Source: Parcubacteria group bacterium
GTDB lineage: Bacteria; Patescibacteriota; Patescibacteriia; UBA1558; GWA2-36-10
NCBI GenBank assembly: GCA_003104935.1
Contig: PQAE01000010.1
Span: forward strand, 77,768 to 141,767
DNA length: 64,000 bases
Direction: 5' to 3'
Shown here piece after piece: positions 42,510 to 52,201 of this stretch. The position numbers and the translations under genes are program-made. Positions within the stretch are counted from its first letter, which is position 1. Every line of letters starts with the position of its first letter. The notes under the pieces are model-generated. The model was given only the letters and a program-made list of their open reading frames with translations. It was not told the DNA's origin and searched no databases.

Positions 42510-43544
42510 CTACTTACTGGGTTTATATTCCCGCCAATTTTCCACTAAAACCGAGATGGTGATGGTTAACGGCACGGCTAAGAGCGCACCTACTATTCCA
42601 AAAACTCGGGCGCCGGCCAGTAGCACCAGCAGAACCAGAAGCGGATTTAGTCCCGTGGCCTTACCCATCACGCGCGGCACAATCAACTGATTTTCCAACT
42701 GTTGGATAACGACGTAAACTACGGCCACGATCATAGCCATATTCCAGCTCTCCGCCAGCCCAAAAAATATGGCTGGCACGGCCGAAATAATCGGTCCTAA
42801 AAAAGGCACTATTTCAAACAGGCCGGCCAGTAGCGCCAAAACCAGAGCGTATTTAATGCCGAGCAAACTCAAAGCGGCATAAGACATAACAAAAATAATC
42901 ACCGACAAAGCGATCTGGCCGCGCAACCAGCTGCCTAAGCGCGTCTGAATCTGGGTGATAATCTGAGCTACTAAAGCCCGCTTTTCACCGGGCACAAAGG
43001 AACAGATAAATTTAGTCACTCCCCGCTCCTCCACAGTCAGATAAAAAGTCATCATCAGTAGCAGAAAAAAACCGACAATTCCACCGAAGACAGAAGTCAC
43101 TATACCGATGATAGACGAGGTCGCCACGGTCAATCCCTTGGTGATACCGCCGATGCTGGAGCCGATGGTATTGCCGATAGTCTGAGGTGTAGTCAGATTT
43201 TCCAATCCGCTAATATTGCGCCAGCTACTCGTCACATGATTATAAAATTCGGGAAAGGCCCGAGCCATATCCATAATCTGCTCGACAATAGGCCCGTACA
43301 GCAGAAAGACGCATGAACCAATTAAGGTAAAAAAGAACAAGTAGGCGGCAATGATGGACAAGGCCCGCGGTATTTTTAACCGGTGCAATCGGTCCACCAA
43401 AGGATCAAAGGTGGCGGCAATAATCACGGCGATAAAAAACAAAATCAAAACATTTTTTATTAGATAAATAAAACCCAGTAGAAGCAAAATCAAAATAAAT
43501 CTGATGATGGTTCCGCTGGTGATAGACACGCCTTTGTTGGACAT
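42510..43544 (-). CDS. AI-2E family (UPF0118/PerM-like) membrane transporter
   Basis: 344 aa with 7-8 TM helices and the typical AI-2E architecture. Confidence 0.7.
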   Translation of the reverse strand: MSNKGVSITSGTIIRFILILLLLGFIYLIKNVLILFFIAVIIAATFDPLVDRLHRLKIPRALSIIAAYLFFFTLIGSCVFLLYGPIVEQIMDMARAFPEFYNHVTSSWRNISGLENLTTPQTIGNTIGSSIGGITKGLTVATSSIIGIVTSVFGGIVGFFLLLMMTFYLTVEERGVTKFICSFVPGEKRALVAQIITQIQTRLGSWLRGQIALSVIIFVMSYAALSLLGIKYALVLALLAGLFEIVPFLGPIISAVPAIFFGLAESWNMAMIVAVVYVVIQQLENQLIVPRVMGKATGLNPLLVLLVLLAGARVFGIVGALLAVPLTITISVLVENWREYKPSK

Positions 43545-43546
43545 AG

Positions 43547-44815
43547 CTATTTTGTTAATATTTTTATAAATTTATTTTTGTTGACAAAAGGTCCGATGAT
43601 GGCCAGATTGGCCTGCGACCAGTTAACGACCTGCTTTGCCAAAACATTTGTCTGACTGGTTGTTATTTTATCCAGCTCGGCCAGTTTGGCGCGCACGTCT
43701 TTAATTTTTTGGCCGTAAAGCTCCTGTTCGCTTAAAAAATTTACGTGAGAGTGAGCATCCTCCATACGCAATATTACCCGGCCGCGGATATTTTCCTTGG
43801 CCTTTTTTAGTTCGTCCGAACTGATGCCTTTATTTTTTATTTTATTCAACTCGGCTTTGATAGTGTTCAGGGCTTCGTAAATTTTTTCTTTATTTAAACC
43901 CGCCGCCACTACCAAGGCACCAATATCTTCGTAGCCCTGAGCGCTACAGTGGATAGAATAGCACAGCCCTCTTCTTTCACGAATCTCTAAGAACAAACGC
44001 GAACTCATATTGCCGCCCAAAATATTGGCCAGCACCTGATAGGCCAGATATTTTTTATCTATGGCAGACACATTGGGGAAACCCAGCATCAGCTGGACCT
44101 GCTCCGACTTTTTAAAGCGGATATCGACGACCGGCCGGCTTTGCCGGACTAAATTAACCTTCTTTATTTTCACCCGGCTGGCTCGGCGAGTGACCGGAAA
44201 ATAACGGCTGAGTAATTTTAATATTTTGCTCTGGTCAAAACGTCCGGCCACCGCGATGATCACATTGCCGTTGTAATAATACTTTTTGTAATAATTATAA
44301 AGCGCCTGACGGCTGAGACGGCGGATATTTTCCCGGGGTCCGGCAATATCGCGACCCAAAACCGTGTTCCGAAATATCAAATCTTCAAATACATCTTCAA
44401 TATGCATGCGCGGATTATCTTCATACATGTTTATCTCTTCAATAATCACGCCACGCTCCCTGTCCATTTCCGATTTATCAAACTTGGAATTATGTAACAT
44501 ATCGGACAAGACATCAAAAGCCATCTTGATATTTGTGCTAGCCGCGGTGATATAGTAGCCGGTGGCTTCCTTACCGGTAAAAGCATTATACTCCGCTCCG
44601 ACGGCGTCTAATTCTTTGGAGATATCTACGGTGTTGGGACGCTGGGTCGTACCCTTAAACATCAGGTGCTCCACAAAATGAGAAACGCCGTTGACGGCAT
44701 TACTTTCCTGGCGACTGCCGACTTTAAAAAGCACTTGCACGGTCACAGCTTGGGTGTCCTGGCGCGGGGCCAGTAAAATCACGCTACCGTCTTTTCTGAC
44801 AATTCGTTTAAACAT
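43547..44815 (-). CDS. M16-family zinc metallopeptidase (insulinase-like)
   Basis: Inverted zinc-binding motif HFVEHLMFKGT (HxxEH). Confidence 0.85.
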   Translation of the reverse strand: MFKRIVRKDGSVILLAPRQDTQAVTVQVLFKVGSRQESNAVNGVSHFVEHLMFKGTTQRPNTVDISKELDAVGAEYNAFTGKEATGYYITAASTNIKMAFDVLSDMLHNSKFDKSEMDRERGVIIEEINMYEDNPRMHIEDVFEDLIFRNTVLGRDIAGPRENIRRLSRQALYNYYKKYYYNGNVIIAVAGRFDQSKILKLLSRYFPVTRRASRVKIKKVNLVRQSRPVVDIRFKKSEQVQLMLGFPNVSAIDKKYLAYQVLANILGGNMSSRLFLEIRERRGLCYSIHCSAQGYEDIGALVVAAGLNKEKIYEALNTIKAELNKIKNKGISSDELKKAKENIRGRVILRMEDAHSHVNFLSEQELYGQKIKDVRAKLAELDKITTSQTNVLAKQVVNWSQANLAIIGPFVNKNKFIKILTK

Positions 44816-44838
44816 GTATATCTAAAATAACAAAATAA

Positions 44839-46224
44839 TTAATTAAGTTTTTCCCGAAAATAATTGTCCAATTCTACTATGGCTACACGATCCTGTTTCA
44901 TCGTGTCGCGATCGCGGACAGTTACTTTCTTGTCCCCTAAAGTATCAAAGTCTATGGTCACGCAATAGGGTGTACCGATTTCATCTTGGCGGCGATAGCG
45001 ACGGCCGATAGCCTGTGTCTCGTCATACATCAAACGGTACTGGCCGGCCAACGCGCTATAAACTTCCTTTGATTTGCTGTTTAATTCTTCTTTTTTGGAC
45101 AGAGGCAAGATGGCGATCTGCACCGGAGCTAATTTGTGGTGCAGGTGCAAAACTACTTCCGACTCTTTGGTACTTTCCGTGGTCGTGGTCCGTCCGCCTT
45201 TGACTTCTTCATAAGCTTCTATTAAAAAGGCCAACATACTGCGGTCCACGCCTACTGAGGTTTCCACAATATAAGGAATATAATCTTTATTATCAGCGTC
45301 CTTAATGGTTAATTTTTGCTTAGAAAATTCTTGATGGCGAGACAGATCCCAATCGCCGCGATTATGAATACCCTCCATCTCTTTGAAAGTTTCGTTTTCG
45401 CTAAATTCAAATTTGTATTCAATATCCGTAGCTTTTTTAGCATAGTGCGCTAGCTCATCTTTTTCGTGGTCTCTAAATTTGATATGGTCTTTCTTTATGC
45501 CCAGTGATAGATACCAATCCATTCTCAGTTTTTTCCACTGATCATAATATTTGTCCGCTGTTTTCGGCTCCACAAAATATTGCATTTCCATCTGCTCAAA
45601 CTCGCGCATGCGGAAAATAAAATTGCCCGGCGTAATTTCGTTGCGAAAAGCTTTGCCGATCTGAGCGATACCAAAGGGTATCTTCATGCGCATACTATCT
45701 ATCACATTGAGAAAATTGACATAGATACCCTGCGCAGTTTCCGGCCGCAGATAAATCTGATTAGCCTCTTCTTCCAAGGGACCCATAAAAGTCTTAAACA
45801 TCAGATTAAACTGTCGAATGTCAGTCAGCTCCCCGCCGCAATTCGGGCACTTCACCTCTCTTACATCCAAGGGTTTGTTTTTTCCAAAATCTGGCTTAAT
45901 GCCCTTTTGTTCCAGTAGATGATCGGCTCGCCAGCGCATCTTGCATTTTTTGCAGTCCACTAAAGGATCGCTAAAGCCCTCCACGTGTCCGGAAGCACGC
46001 CAGATCTGGGGATGCATCAGTATGGCTGAATCCAGACCGACGACATCATTCCGCGAAGTCATAAAGTCCCACCAGGCCTTTTTTAGGTTATTTTTCATGG
46101 CGACGCCAAGCGGGCCGTAGTCATAAATAGAGTTTAAACCGCCGTAAATCTCCGAAGACGGAAAAATAAAACCTCGCCGTTTGGCCAGATTCACTATTCT
46201 GTCTATTTTGCGATCATTTTCCAT
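44839..46224 (-). CDS. glyQS: Glycyl-tRNA synthetase (alpha2 dimeric type)
   Basis: [37 protein letters not shown], the GlyRS class II signature; 461 aa. Confidence 0.9.
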   Translation of the reverse strand: MENDRKIDRIVNLAKRRGFIFPSSEIYGGLNSIYDYGPLGVAMKNNLKKAWWDFMTSRNDVVGLDSAILMHPQIWRASGHVEGFSDPLVDCKKCKMRWRADHLLEQKGIKPDFGKNKPLDVREVKCPNCGGELTDIRQFNLMFKTFMGPLEEEANQIYLRPETAQGIYVNFLNVIDSMRMKIPFGIAQIGKAFRNEITPGNFIFRMREFEQMEMQYFVEPKTADKYYDQWKKLRMDWYLSLGIKKDHIKFRDHEKDELAHYAKKATDIEYKFEFSENETFKEMEGIHNRGDWDLSRHQEFSKQKLTIKDADNKDYIPYIVETSVGVDRSMLAFLIEAYEEVKGGRTTTTESTKESEVVLHLHHKLAPVQIAILPLSKKEELNSKSKEVYSALAGQYRLMYDETQAIGRRYRRQDEIGTPYCVTIDFDTLGDKKVTVRDRDTMKQDRVAIVELDNYFREKLN

Positions 46225-46307
46225 ATAAAAAATATTGCTTATGCTTTATAAACACTACGAATTATAACTAAAATAAGGGTAAAAATCAAGTTAGAGTATT
46301 AATAAAA

Positions 46308-46362
46308 CCCCCTCCCCCTACCGCTAGAGGCGGACAGGTACTAAGAGGGAGAAGGTGGGGGT
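46308..46362. repeat. C-run/G-run hairpin element, copy 4 of 5 (long form)
   Basis: CCCCCTCCCCCTACCGCTAGAGGCGGACAGGTACTAAGAGGGAGAAGGTGGGGGTC. Near-identical to 25474-25535. Lies 84 nt upstream of the glyQS start. Confidence 0.6.
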
Positions 46363-46363
46363 C

Positions 46364-46495
46364 GCGGCCAGCCGCATTTGTTCATGGTCATTGCGAGGAC
46401 CCTGAGCAAAGTCGAAGGGGACGAAGCAATCTACAAGCTTTTAGATTGCCACGCCCTGACGGGCTCGCAATGACGGAGACCACGCGGCTGGCCGC
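46364..46495. repeat. 132-nt nested palindrome (MITE-like, or a long structured RNA)
   Basis: Outer 12-bp arms GCGGCCAGCCGC/GCGGCTGGCCGC, inner 11-bp arms GTCATTGCGAG/CTCGCAATGAC, and a further inner hairpin GCAATCT..AGATTGC. Confidence 0.5.
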
Positions 46496-46515
46496 ACAAA
46501 AAAAGTATCAAGAGA

Positions 46516-49203
46516 CTAAAATCCCTCCGCCTTCCTGACTTTGATTTCTCCCCCCACATCATAGACCACAGTATCGCGCCGGCCAAGTTTACCTTTGAGT
46601 AAAAATTCGGCCAGAGAATTATCCACTTTTTCCTGCACCAGACGACGCAGGGGCCGAGCGCCAAAGATTGGATCAAAACCGGCCCTTGCCAGCTCCTTCA
46701 CAGCCGCCTCCGTAGCTTCAAAGAAAATACCTTTTTCTTCCAATCTTTGTGCCACCTTCTTTAGTAGTAATCCAGTTATTTGTAATATCTCCTCAGGAGT
46801 GAGCGGCCGGAAAATAATCGTCGCGTCAAAACGGTTTAAAAATTCCGGACGGAAAATATTTCTGATTTCATCACGGATTAAAGCGTCTTTAAATTCTTCG
46901 ATGGTTTTGCCGGCTCTGATTTGATCTTGGATATAGGCCGTGCCGGCATTTGATGTCGCCACAATAATTAAATTGGTAAAATCTACCGTGCGACCCAGGG
47001 CATCAGTCAAGCGGCCGTCTTCCATCACCTGTAAAAATATATTTAATATGTCGGGATGGGCTTTTTCTATTTCATCTAAGAGCAAGAGAGCAAAGGGCTG
47101 ATGCCGTACTGCTTCGGTCAGTTGTCCGGCCTTGCCGCTGGCTACCGAACCGATCAGCCGATCCAGATTTTCCTGAGTCTGATATTCGCTCATATCTAAG
47201 CGGATCATATTTTCCTCGGCGCCAAAATATTTTTCCGCTACGGTCTTGGCCAGTTCGGTTTTGCCCACGCCGGTCGGACCTAAAAATAAAAGATTGGCAA
47301 TGGGACGTTTTTTGTCGCGCAGTTCCGCCCGCGCCCGACGCAAAGCCGTGGCCACTTGTTTAACCGCCTCATCCTGCCCGACTATGCGCTTATGGATTTC
47401 TTCTTCTAGATTTAATAGTTTAGTGGACTCGGCCGCTGTCACCTGGGTCAGTGGTATATTGGTCTTATGACTGACCAGGACCGCAACGTCCTCGGCTCGG
47501 ACCAGAGGATCTTGGCGCTTGGTCTTGGCCACCATGATACCTACTTCGTCCATCAGATCAATGGCTTTCTTGGGTAATTGCTGGTCCGGCATATAGCGAT
47601 CAGATAGATCGTATATTTTTTCCAGCGCATCGTAGGTAAAATATACTCCGTGCTTGGCTTCCACAGTGCCGACATGAGCTTCCATCATCTTGATGGCCTG
47701 ATTTTTATCCGGCTCGTCCACCATGATTTTTTTCAAAGTATGGCCCAGTTCCGTGCCTTCGATAAAAGCAGTATATTCCTTATTTGGTATACTGGCGATA
47801 ACGATGATATTGCCCTGCCGGATTTCACCGGCCAGTACCGCCGCCAGATCTATACCCTGACTACTGTCCGATGAAACTCCAACCAGGTGATGGATATTAT
47901 CAATATAGAGAATAATATTTCCGGAAATGGCCGACTCGCGTAAAATCCCCAAAAACCTCTCTTCCAGTACGCCACTGCCGGTGGCTCCGGAAATCAAAGC
48001 CGGCACCGACACGCTGACCAGTCGTTTATCCTGAAAAAGATCCGGCACTTCTTCAGCCATCATCTTATTGGCTAGGCCGTCAACTATACTATCCTTGCCC
48101 ACGCCCGGCTCACCGATCAATATCACGCTGGACAAGTCGCTCTCAATAGTAGTGACTAACTCGGCCAATTCTTTATCCCGAGCCACCATCGGGGGAAAAT
48201 AGCCCTTTTTAGCCAACAAGGTCAGGTCTTCCGAAAAAGTATTTAAAAGCGGAGTGGCGATGGCGGTATAGGCCCGGTTCATCCCCGACTTGGGTTTGAA
48301 ACTGGCCCGAGCCCGAAAGTGACGATAGCGTTCTATAAGTTCCTTGTTTATATTGACCCAGGTGATGACGTTATCAATCTTGTTTTCGTCTATACTAAAA
48401 TCATAAAAAAAGTTTTTTATTTCTTCACTGGCCACGACTAGGCCGCCCAACAAATCTACCTCGGTCATCTGCCGGCCCTGTCGTTCGGTCATATGCATGT
48501 AGGCATTGAGCAAAGCATCGCGCACGTTCTTGGTCAGTCCGCCGATATCCGCCTCATCCTTAACCCAGACGGACAGATGATCATCGATGCGGTCGCGCAG
48601 ATTTTCGGTGCCCACTCCCAAACGGGCCAAAACCATGCGCACATCCCGATCATTTAATAAGATGTACAATAGATGCCAAACGCCGACCGGAAAAACTCTT
48701 TTAAATTTAGCGTACAGCCAGGCTTTGTCTAAGATCTCTGCAACTTCTTCCGTCAGACTGTCGGCGATGTTATGTTTGACAAAGACATTTCTGTCCCGCA
48801 GATTGGCCGTTAATTTTTTTGCCCGGCTGGCGGCACTACTTAGACGGTAATACAGATACATGTCTAAGAGAACTAGTAACCACAGATAAAAATTTATGTT
48901 GCTGGGACTGTTGAGATAAATCCATAAGGCGTGCGGATCAAAACTAGCGCTGTTTAAAATAACGTAGCCCACAATAATAGTCAGGATCACCGCCACGATC
49001 AAAAAACCGTTGATAATCAGATTGGCTGTGCGCTTAAATGAGGCTACAAAGATACTGCCGTAGCTGAGCTCCTTTTGCCAATACAAAAAATTATTATTGC
49101 TGACAAAATATTCTTTTTGGCCAAAACAAACATCACACTGCTTGCCGCCGGAGCGACCCTGTTCATCACAAGCCCGACATTGGTCAAACTTTATACTGGC
49201 CAT
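46516..49203 (-). CDS. ClpC/ClpB-like AAA+ protein with N-terminal zinc ribbon and two TM helices; first ATPase domain appears degenerate
   Basis: CRACDEQG...CDVCFGQ Zn ribbon, then two hydrophobic helices, then Clp_N repeats. D1 has GEPGVGKDS (T replaced by D in Walker A), IILYIDNIH (DE replaced by DN in Walker B) and GHT at the Arg-finger position. D2 is intact (GPTGVGKTE, LLLDEIEKAH, GARPLRR). Confidence 0.8.
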   Translation of the reverse strand: MASIKFDQCRACDEQGRSGGKQCDVCFGQKEYFVSNNNFLYWQKELSYGSIFVASFKRTANLIINGFLIVAVILTIIVGYVILNSASFDPHALWIYLNSPSNINFYLWLLVLLDMYLYYRLSSAASRAKKLTANLRDRNVFVKHNIADSLTEEVAEILDKAWLYAKFKRVFPVGVWHLLYILLNDRDVRMVLARLGVGTENLRDRIDDHLSVWVKDEADIGGLTKNVRDALLNAYMHMTERQGRQMTEVDLLGGLVVASEEIKNFFYDFSIDENKIDNVITWVNINKELIERYRHFRARASFKPKSGMNRAYTAIATPLLNTFSEDLTLLAKKGYFPPMVARDKELAELVTTIESDLSSVILIGEPGVGKDSIVDGLANKMMAEEVPDLFQDKRLVSVSVPALISGATGSGVLEERFLGILRESAISGNIILYIDNIHHLVGVSSDSSQGIDLAAVLAGEIRQGNIIVIASIPNKEYTAFIEGTELGHTLKKIMVDEPDKNQAIKMMEAHVGTVEAKHGVYFTYDALEKIYDLSDRYMPDQQLPKKAIDLMDEVGIMVAKTKRQDPLVRAEDVAVLVSHKTNIPLTQVTAAESTKLLNLEEEIHKRIVGQDEAVKQVATALRRARAELRDKKRPIANLLFLGPTGVGKTELAKTVAEKYFGAEENMIRLDMSEYQTQENLDRLIGSVASGKAGQLTEAVRHQPFALLLLDEIEKAHPDILNIFLQVMEDGRLTDALGRTVDFTNLIIVATSNAGTAYIQDQIRAGKTIEEFKDALIRDEIRNIFRPEFLNRFDATIIFRPLTPEEILQITGLLLKKVAQRLEEKGIFFEATEAAVKELARAGFDPIFGARPLRRLVQEKVDNSLAEFLLKGKLGRRDTVVYDVGGEIKVRKAEGF

Positions 49204-49573
49204 AAAAAATTCTAAAATTATAATAAAGGCCGGCGGCCACGATCACCGGCAAAACGACCCAAAACAATACTACCAGCAGGTAGAAAATCACCAGCAGTAA
49301 AAACAGTATTAGCCGGCCGAGTACTAAAATAAAACGCATGAACAAGCTAATCAGTCGCCCGGTCCGGTCCTGCACTCCGAACATAGGTTTAAAAAAATTT
49401 CTAAGCAATAACCCGAGAGCCAGATCGCGATTGGTATTTTTTACCGAACGGATAAAAAACAGGATAATTTTAAACAACCCGGCGGAATACCACCAGATAG
49501 GAAAATACAAAACCTCTCCGATCAGGTCGATGATCAGGGTCTTAAAAGCCTGAACTACTATATTCTGCGTCAT
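49184..49573 (-). CDS. Small membrane protein, unknown function
   Basis: 129 aa with 3 TM helices. Overlaps the start of the ClpC-like gene by 20 nt. Confidence 0.5.
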   Translation of the reverse strand: MTQNIVVQAFKTLIIDLIGEVLYFPIWWYSAGLFKIILFFIRSVKNTNRDLALGLLLRNFFKPMFGVQDRTGRLISLFMRFILVLGRLILFLLLVIFYLLVVLFWVVLPVIVAAGLYYNFRIFYGQYKV

Positions 49574-49664
49574 CGCTATAAATTATAACATTTTTTTGAT
49601 TTAAAAAAAAGAAACAAAAAAAGCAGTTTCGACCGCTTCTGTCAAAGTGCCAATACCCCGACAA

Positions 49665-50171
49665 TTAGGGGGCGTAGGTTGGAAACTTGGCTTTAGACGG
49701 CGCTTCGATAGAATTCCCGGAGTAACTGGTGCAAGATCCAAAAGCAATAATATCGTTTGTCAACCGGGTAGTGTAAAAACCGGTATTGGGACTGGTGCTC
49801 TGCTCGTCCTGCGGTAGACTGGCAAAATACTTACCCACAAAAGTGCCATCATCCAAGGGCACGCGCGGCTTACTGACGCCAGCACAGGTGAGCTCGCCGC
49901 CGGCGGCGGCGGTCAGCACCAGTTTATCATTATAATTATTGGTGGTGATACTAAAATCCGAAGGAATGGCGGCATTGTCCAAAACATACATATCCAAAGA
50001 GCTGGCTAAAGCGCGGACAGTGGCCCAACGCTTGGCATCCATGGCTTTATTTACTTTATCCTGCCCGTTTTCTATAAAAGTAAGGGCGGCGATGGATAAT
50101 AAAGATATGACGGCCACCGCTACGATCAGTTCAATCAGGGTTACTCCTCTGTTTTCACGTAACTTAAACAT
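49665..50171 (-). CDS. Type IV pilin / pseudopilin
   Basis: Class III signal peptide: RG followed by VTLIELIVAVAVISLL, with Glu at position +5 of the mature protein. Confidence 0.75.
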   Translation of the reverse strand: MFKLRENRGVTLIELIVAVAVISLLSIAALTFIENGQDKVNKAMDAKRWATVRALASSLDMYVLDNAAIPSDFSITTNNYNDKLVLTAAAGGELTCAGVSKPRVPLDDGTFVGKYFASLPQDEQSTSPNTGFYTTRLTNDIIAFGSCTSYSGNSIEAPSKAKFPTYAP

Positions 50172-50220
50172 AAGATAATTATAACATACAAATAAAAAAA
50201 TAATCCCGTGTTAACCCGGC

Positions 50221-50484
50221 TTACACCCGGGGAGCAGCGATATTGGCTTGATTAAATTTTCTCAAGATACTGGTGCTAATGATAAAAGCCAGTAAAAAGA
50301 AACAGGCGCCGTAAAAGCAAGGGGTGAGAAATGGATTGACTAGGCCCTGGGCACAACCGGTGGTGCAGGCGCGCTTGTTCAACCAATCATTGAGCTCAAT
50401 GCCAAAATTGGTCCAGGCAAACAAAGTCCCGGCAAGCAGGATGAAAAATTCGGTGATAATTAATTTTTTCATATATTTTATCAA
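50221..50484 (-). CDS. Small Cys-rich two-TM membrane protein
   Basis: 87 aa containing CTTGCAQG...PCFYGAC between two hydrophobic helices. Confidence 0.45.
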   Translation of the reverse strand: MIKYMKKLIITEFFILLAGTLFAWTNFGIELNDWLNKRACTTGCAQGLVNPFLTPCFYGACFFLLAFIISTSILRKFNQANIAAPRV

Positions 50485-50997
50485 TTAATTAGCTAAATAG
50501 TCCACTTTGTCTGGCATATCTTGACCACTTACTTCTATTATTTCGACAGGTTGTGCGGACTCAGCCGAGCGCCATTCCATGCCCTGCTCGTTTTCAAATG
50601 GCTTAAATTTATCTCTTGCCAAAACATAAACATAGCCCTTGGCTGTTTCAATCTTGGGACGAGCATCTTCAGATACTTCAAAATGTAGTGATACTTTTTT
50701 GTTTTCTTCATCAATATCAGCTCCAAAAGAGCTGGAATGTGGCATCTTAATATTTTCTCCATTTATAATGGCTCTAAATATTGCCACGTCCGCATAAGGC
50801 GACGCCGCCACAGAAGGTTCGCCGTGGGGAATCGCTTTGCCTTCGGGCTCTGGGGCATTGTATGCTTGACGCGGCTCCAATGTTTCAATTTTATACGGCG
50901 AACCGTGAAATACATAAAGGCCGCTAGCTTCTAACTCGGCCAAACGCGTCCTAGCATCAAAATTTTCTTGTCTTGTATTTACCCGCTCAAAATTCAT
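50485..50997 (-). CDS. Hypothetical protein
   Basis: ORF with no recognisable motifs. Start set at the internal Met MNFERVNT to avoid overlap with tgt. Confidence 0.45.
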   Translation of the reverse strand: MNFERVNTRQENFDARTRLAELEASGLYVFHGSPYKIETLEPRQAYNAPEPEGKAIPHGEPSVAASPYADVAIFRAIINGENIKMPHSSSFGADIDEENKKVSLHFEVSEDARPKIETAKGYVYVLARDKFKPFENEQGMEWRSAESAQPVEIIEVSGQDMPDKVDYLAN

Positions 50998-51007
50998 TTT
51001 AGAATCA

Positions 51008-52165
51008 TTATAATTTCTCAGTTTTGATGGCCACTCCAATTTCTTTCATTAATTGTAAATAAAATTCCAAATTATTGATAGTGGCCAGTCGCAAAGCCAG
51101 TGGATCTTCGGATTTAAATAAATGGTGTAGGTAAGCGCGAGAGTAATTTTTTAAACTGCCCTGATTAATCGGTGTTTTGTCGGCTTTAAATTTACCCCGC
51201 GTAATTTGAATAGTTTCATAAAAACTATTTGCTCGAGCTTGTCGAGAACTAAATTTACCTCTAGTTAAACTTCTCGACTTTGACCCACGGTCTTGGCTCG
51301 AAGAAAAATTGTATAGCTTACCGTGTCTGGCTTCCCGAGTCGGAATCACGCAATCAAACATATCTATTCCCCTTTTGACAGACTCAATAATATTTTCCGG
51401 ATAGCCGACACCCATCAGATAACGCGGTTTGTTCTCCGGCAGTTCCGGCACAGTATAATCCAGGACTTTATACATCGTTTCATTTGGCTCGCCCACCGCC
51501 AATCCTCCTACAGCATAGCCATCAAAAGGAATGCTGGTCAGTTCTTGAGCGGAACGTAAACGAAGATCTCTATAATCACCGCCCTGCACTATGCCGAAAA
51601 GTAATTGCTTTTTTATCTTAGTAGATTTCTTATTTAATTTATTTTTGTAATCAAAAGCCAGCTGAGCCCAACGGCTAGTGCGCTCTACTGCTCGCAAAGC
51701 CTTGGCTCTGGTCGTGGGTAATTCCACACATTCGTCCAAGACCATCATTATATCCGACCCTAAGACCACTTGGATATCAATCACTTTCTTGGGATCTAAA
51801 GTATGATAGGCGCCATCCAGATAAGAACGAAAACGCACGCTATCCCCGATAATTTTCCGCAGATTAGACAAAGAAAAAACCTGGTACCCTCCGGAGTCGG
51901 TGAGTATGGGCAAATCAGTTTGCATAAAATTATGCAAGCCGCCAAATTTTTTAAAAACTTCTACGCCGGGACGAATATAGTTGTGATAGGTATTGGATAA
52001 TATTATTTGTGCCCCTAATTTTTTTAATTCCCCTGAAGTTAAACTTTTCACCGCCCCCTTGGTGGCGATAGGCATAAAAAAAGGAGTATCCACCCGGCCA
52101 TGAGCCGTAGTCAACACTCCTAATCTGGCTTTTGATTTTTTTGATTTTTTTAATATCTTGAACAT
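51008..52165 (-). CDS. tgt: Queuine tRNA-ribosyltransferase
   Basis: ...LTTAHGRVDTPFFMPIATKGAVKSL..., a Zn site C..C..C..H near the C-terminus, DCVIPTR. Confidence 0.9.
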   Translation of the reverse strand: MFKILKKSKKSKARLGVLTTAHGRVDTPFFMPIATKGAVKSLTSGELKKLGAQIILSNTYHNYIRPGVEVFKKFGGLHNFMQTDLPILTDSGGYQVFSLSNLRKIIGDSVRFRSYLDGAYHTLDPKKVIDIQVVLGSDIMMVLDECVELPTTRAKALRAVERTSRWAQLAFDYKNKLNKKSTKIKKQLLFGIVQGGDYRDLRLRSAQELTSIPFDGYAVGGLAVGEPNETMYKVLDYTVPELPENKPRYLMGVGYPENIIESVKRGIDMFDCVIPTREARHGKLYNFSSSQDRGSKSRSLTRGKFSSRQARANSFYETIQITRGKFKADKTPINQGSLKNYSRAYLHHLFKSEDPLALRLATINNLEFYLQLMKEIGVAIKTEKL

Positions 52166-52173
52166 AGGGAAAT

Positions 52174-52201
52174 TCCCCCTGACAAGGGGGATTTAGGGGG
52201 T
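52174..52201. repeat. C-run/G-run hairpin element, copy 5 of 5 (short form)
   Basis: TCCCCCTGACAAGGGGGATTTAGGGGGTT, between the stop at 52202 and the tgt start at 52165. The G-arm lies about 10 nt before the AUG. Confidence 0.5.
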
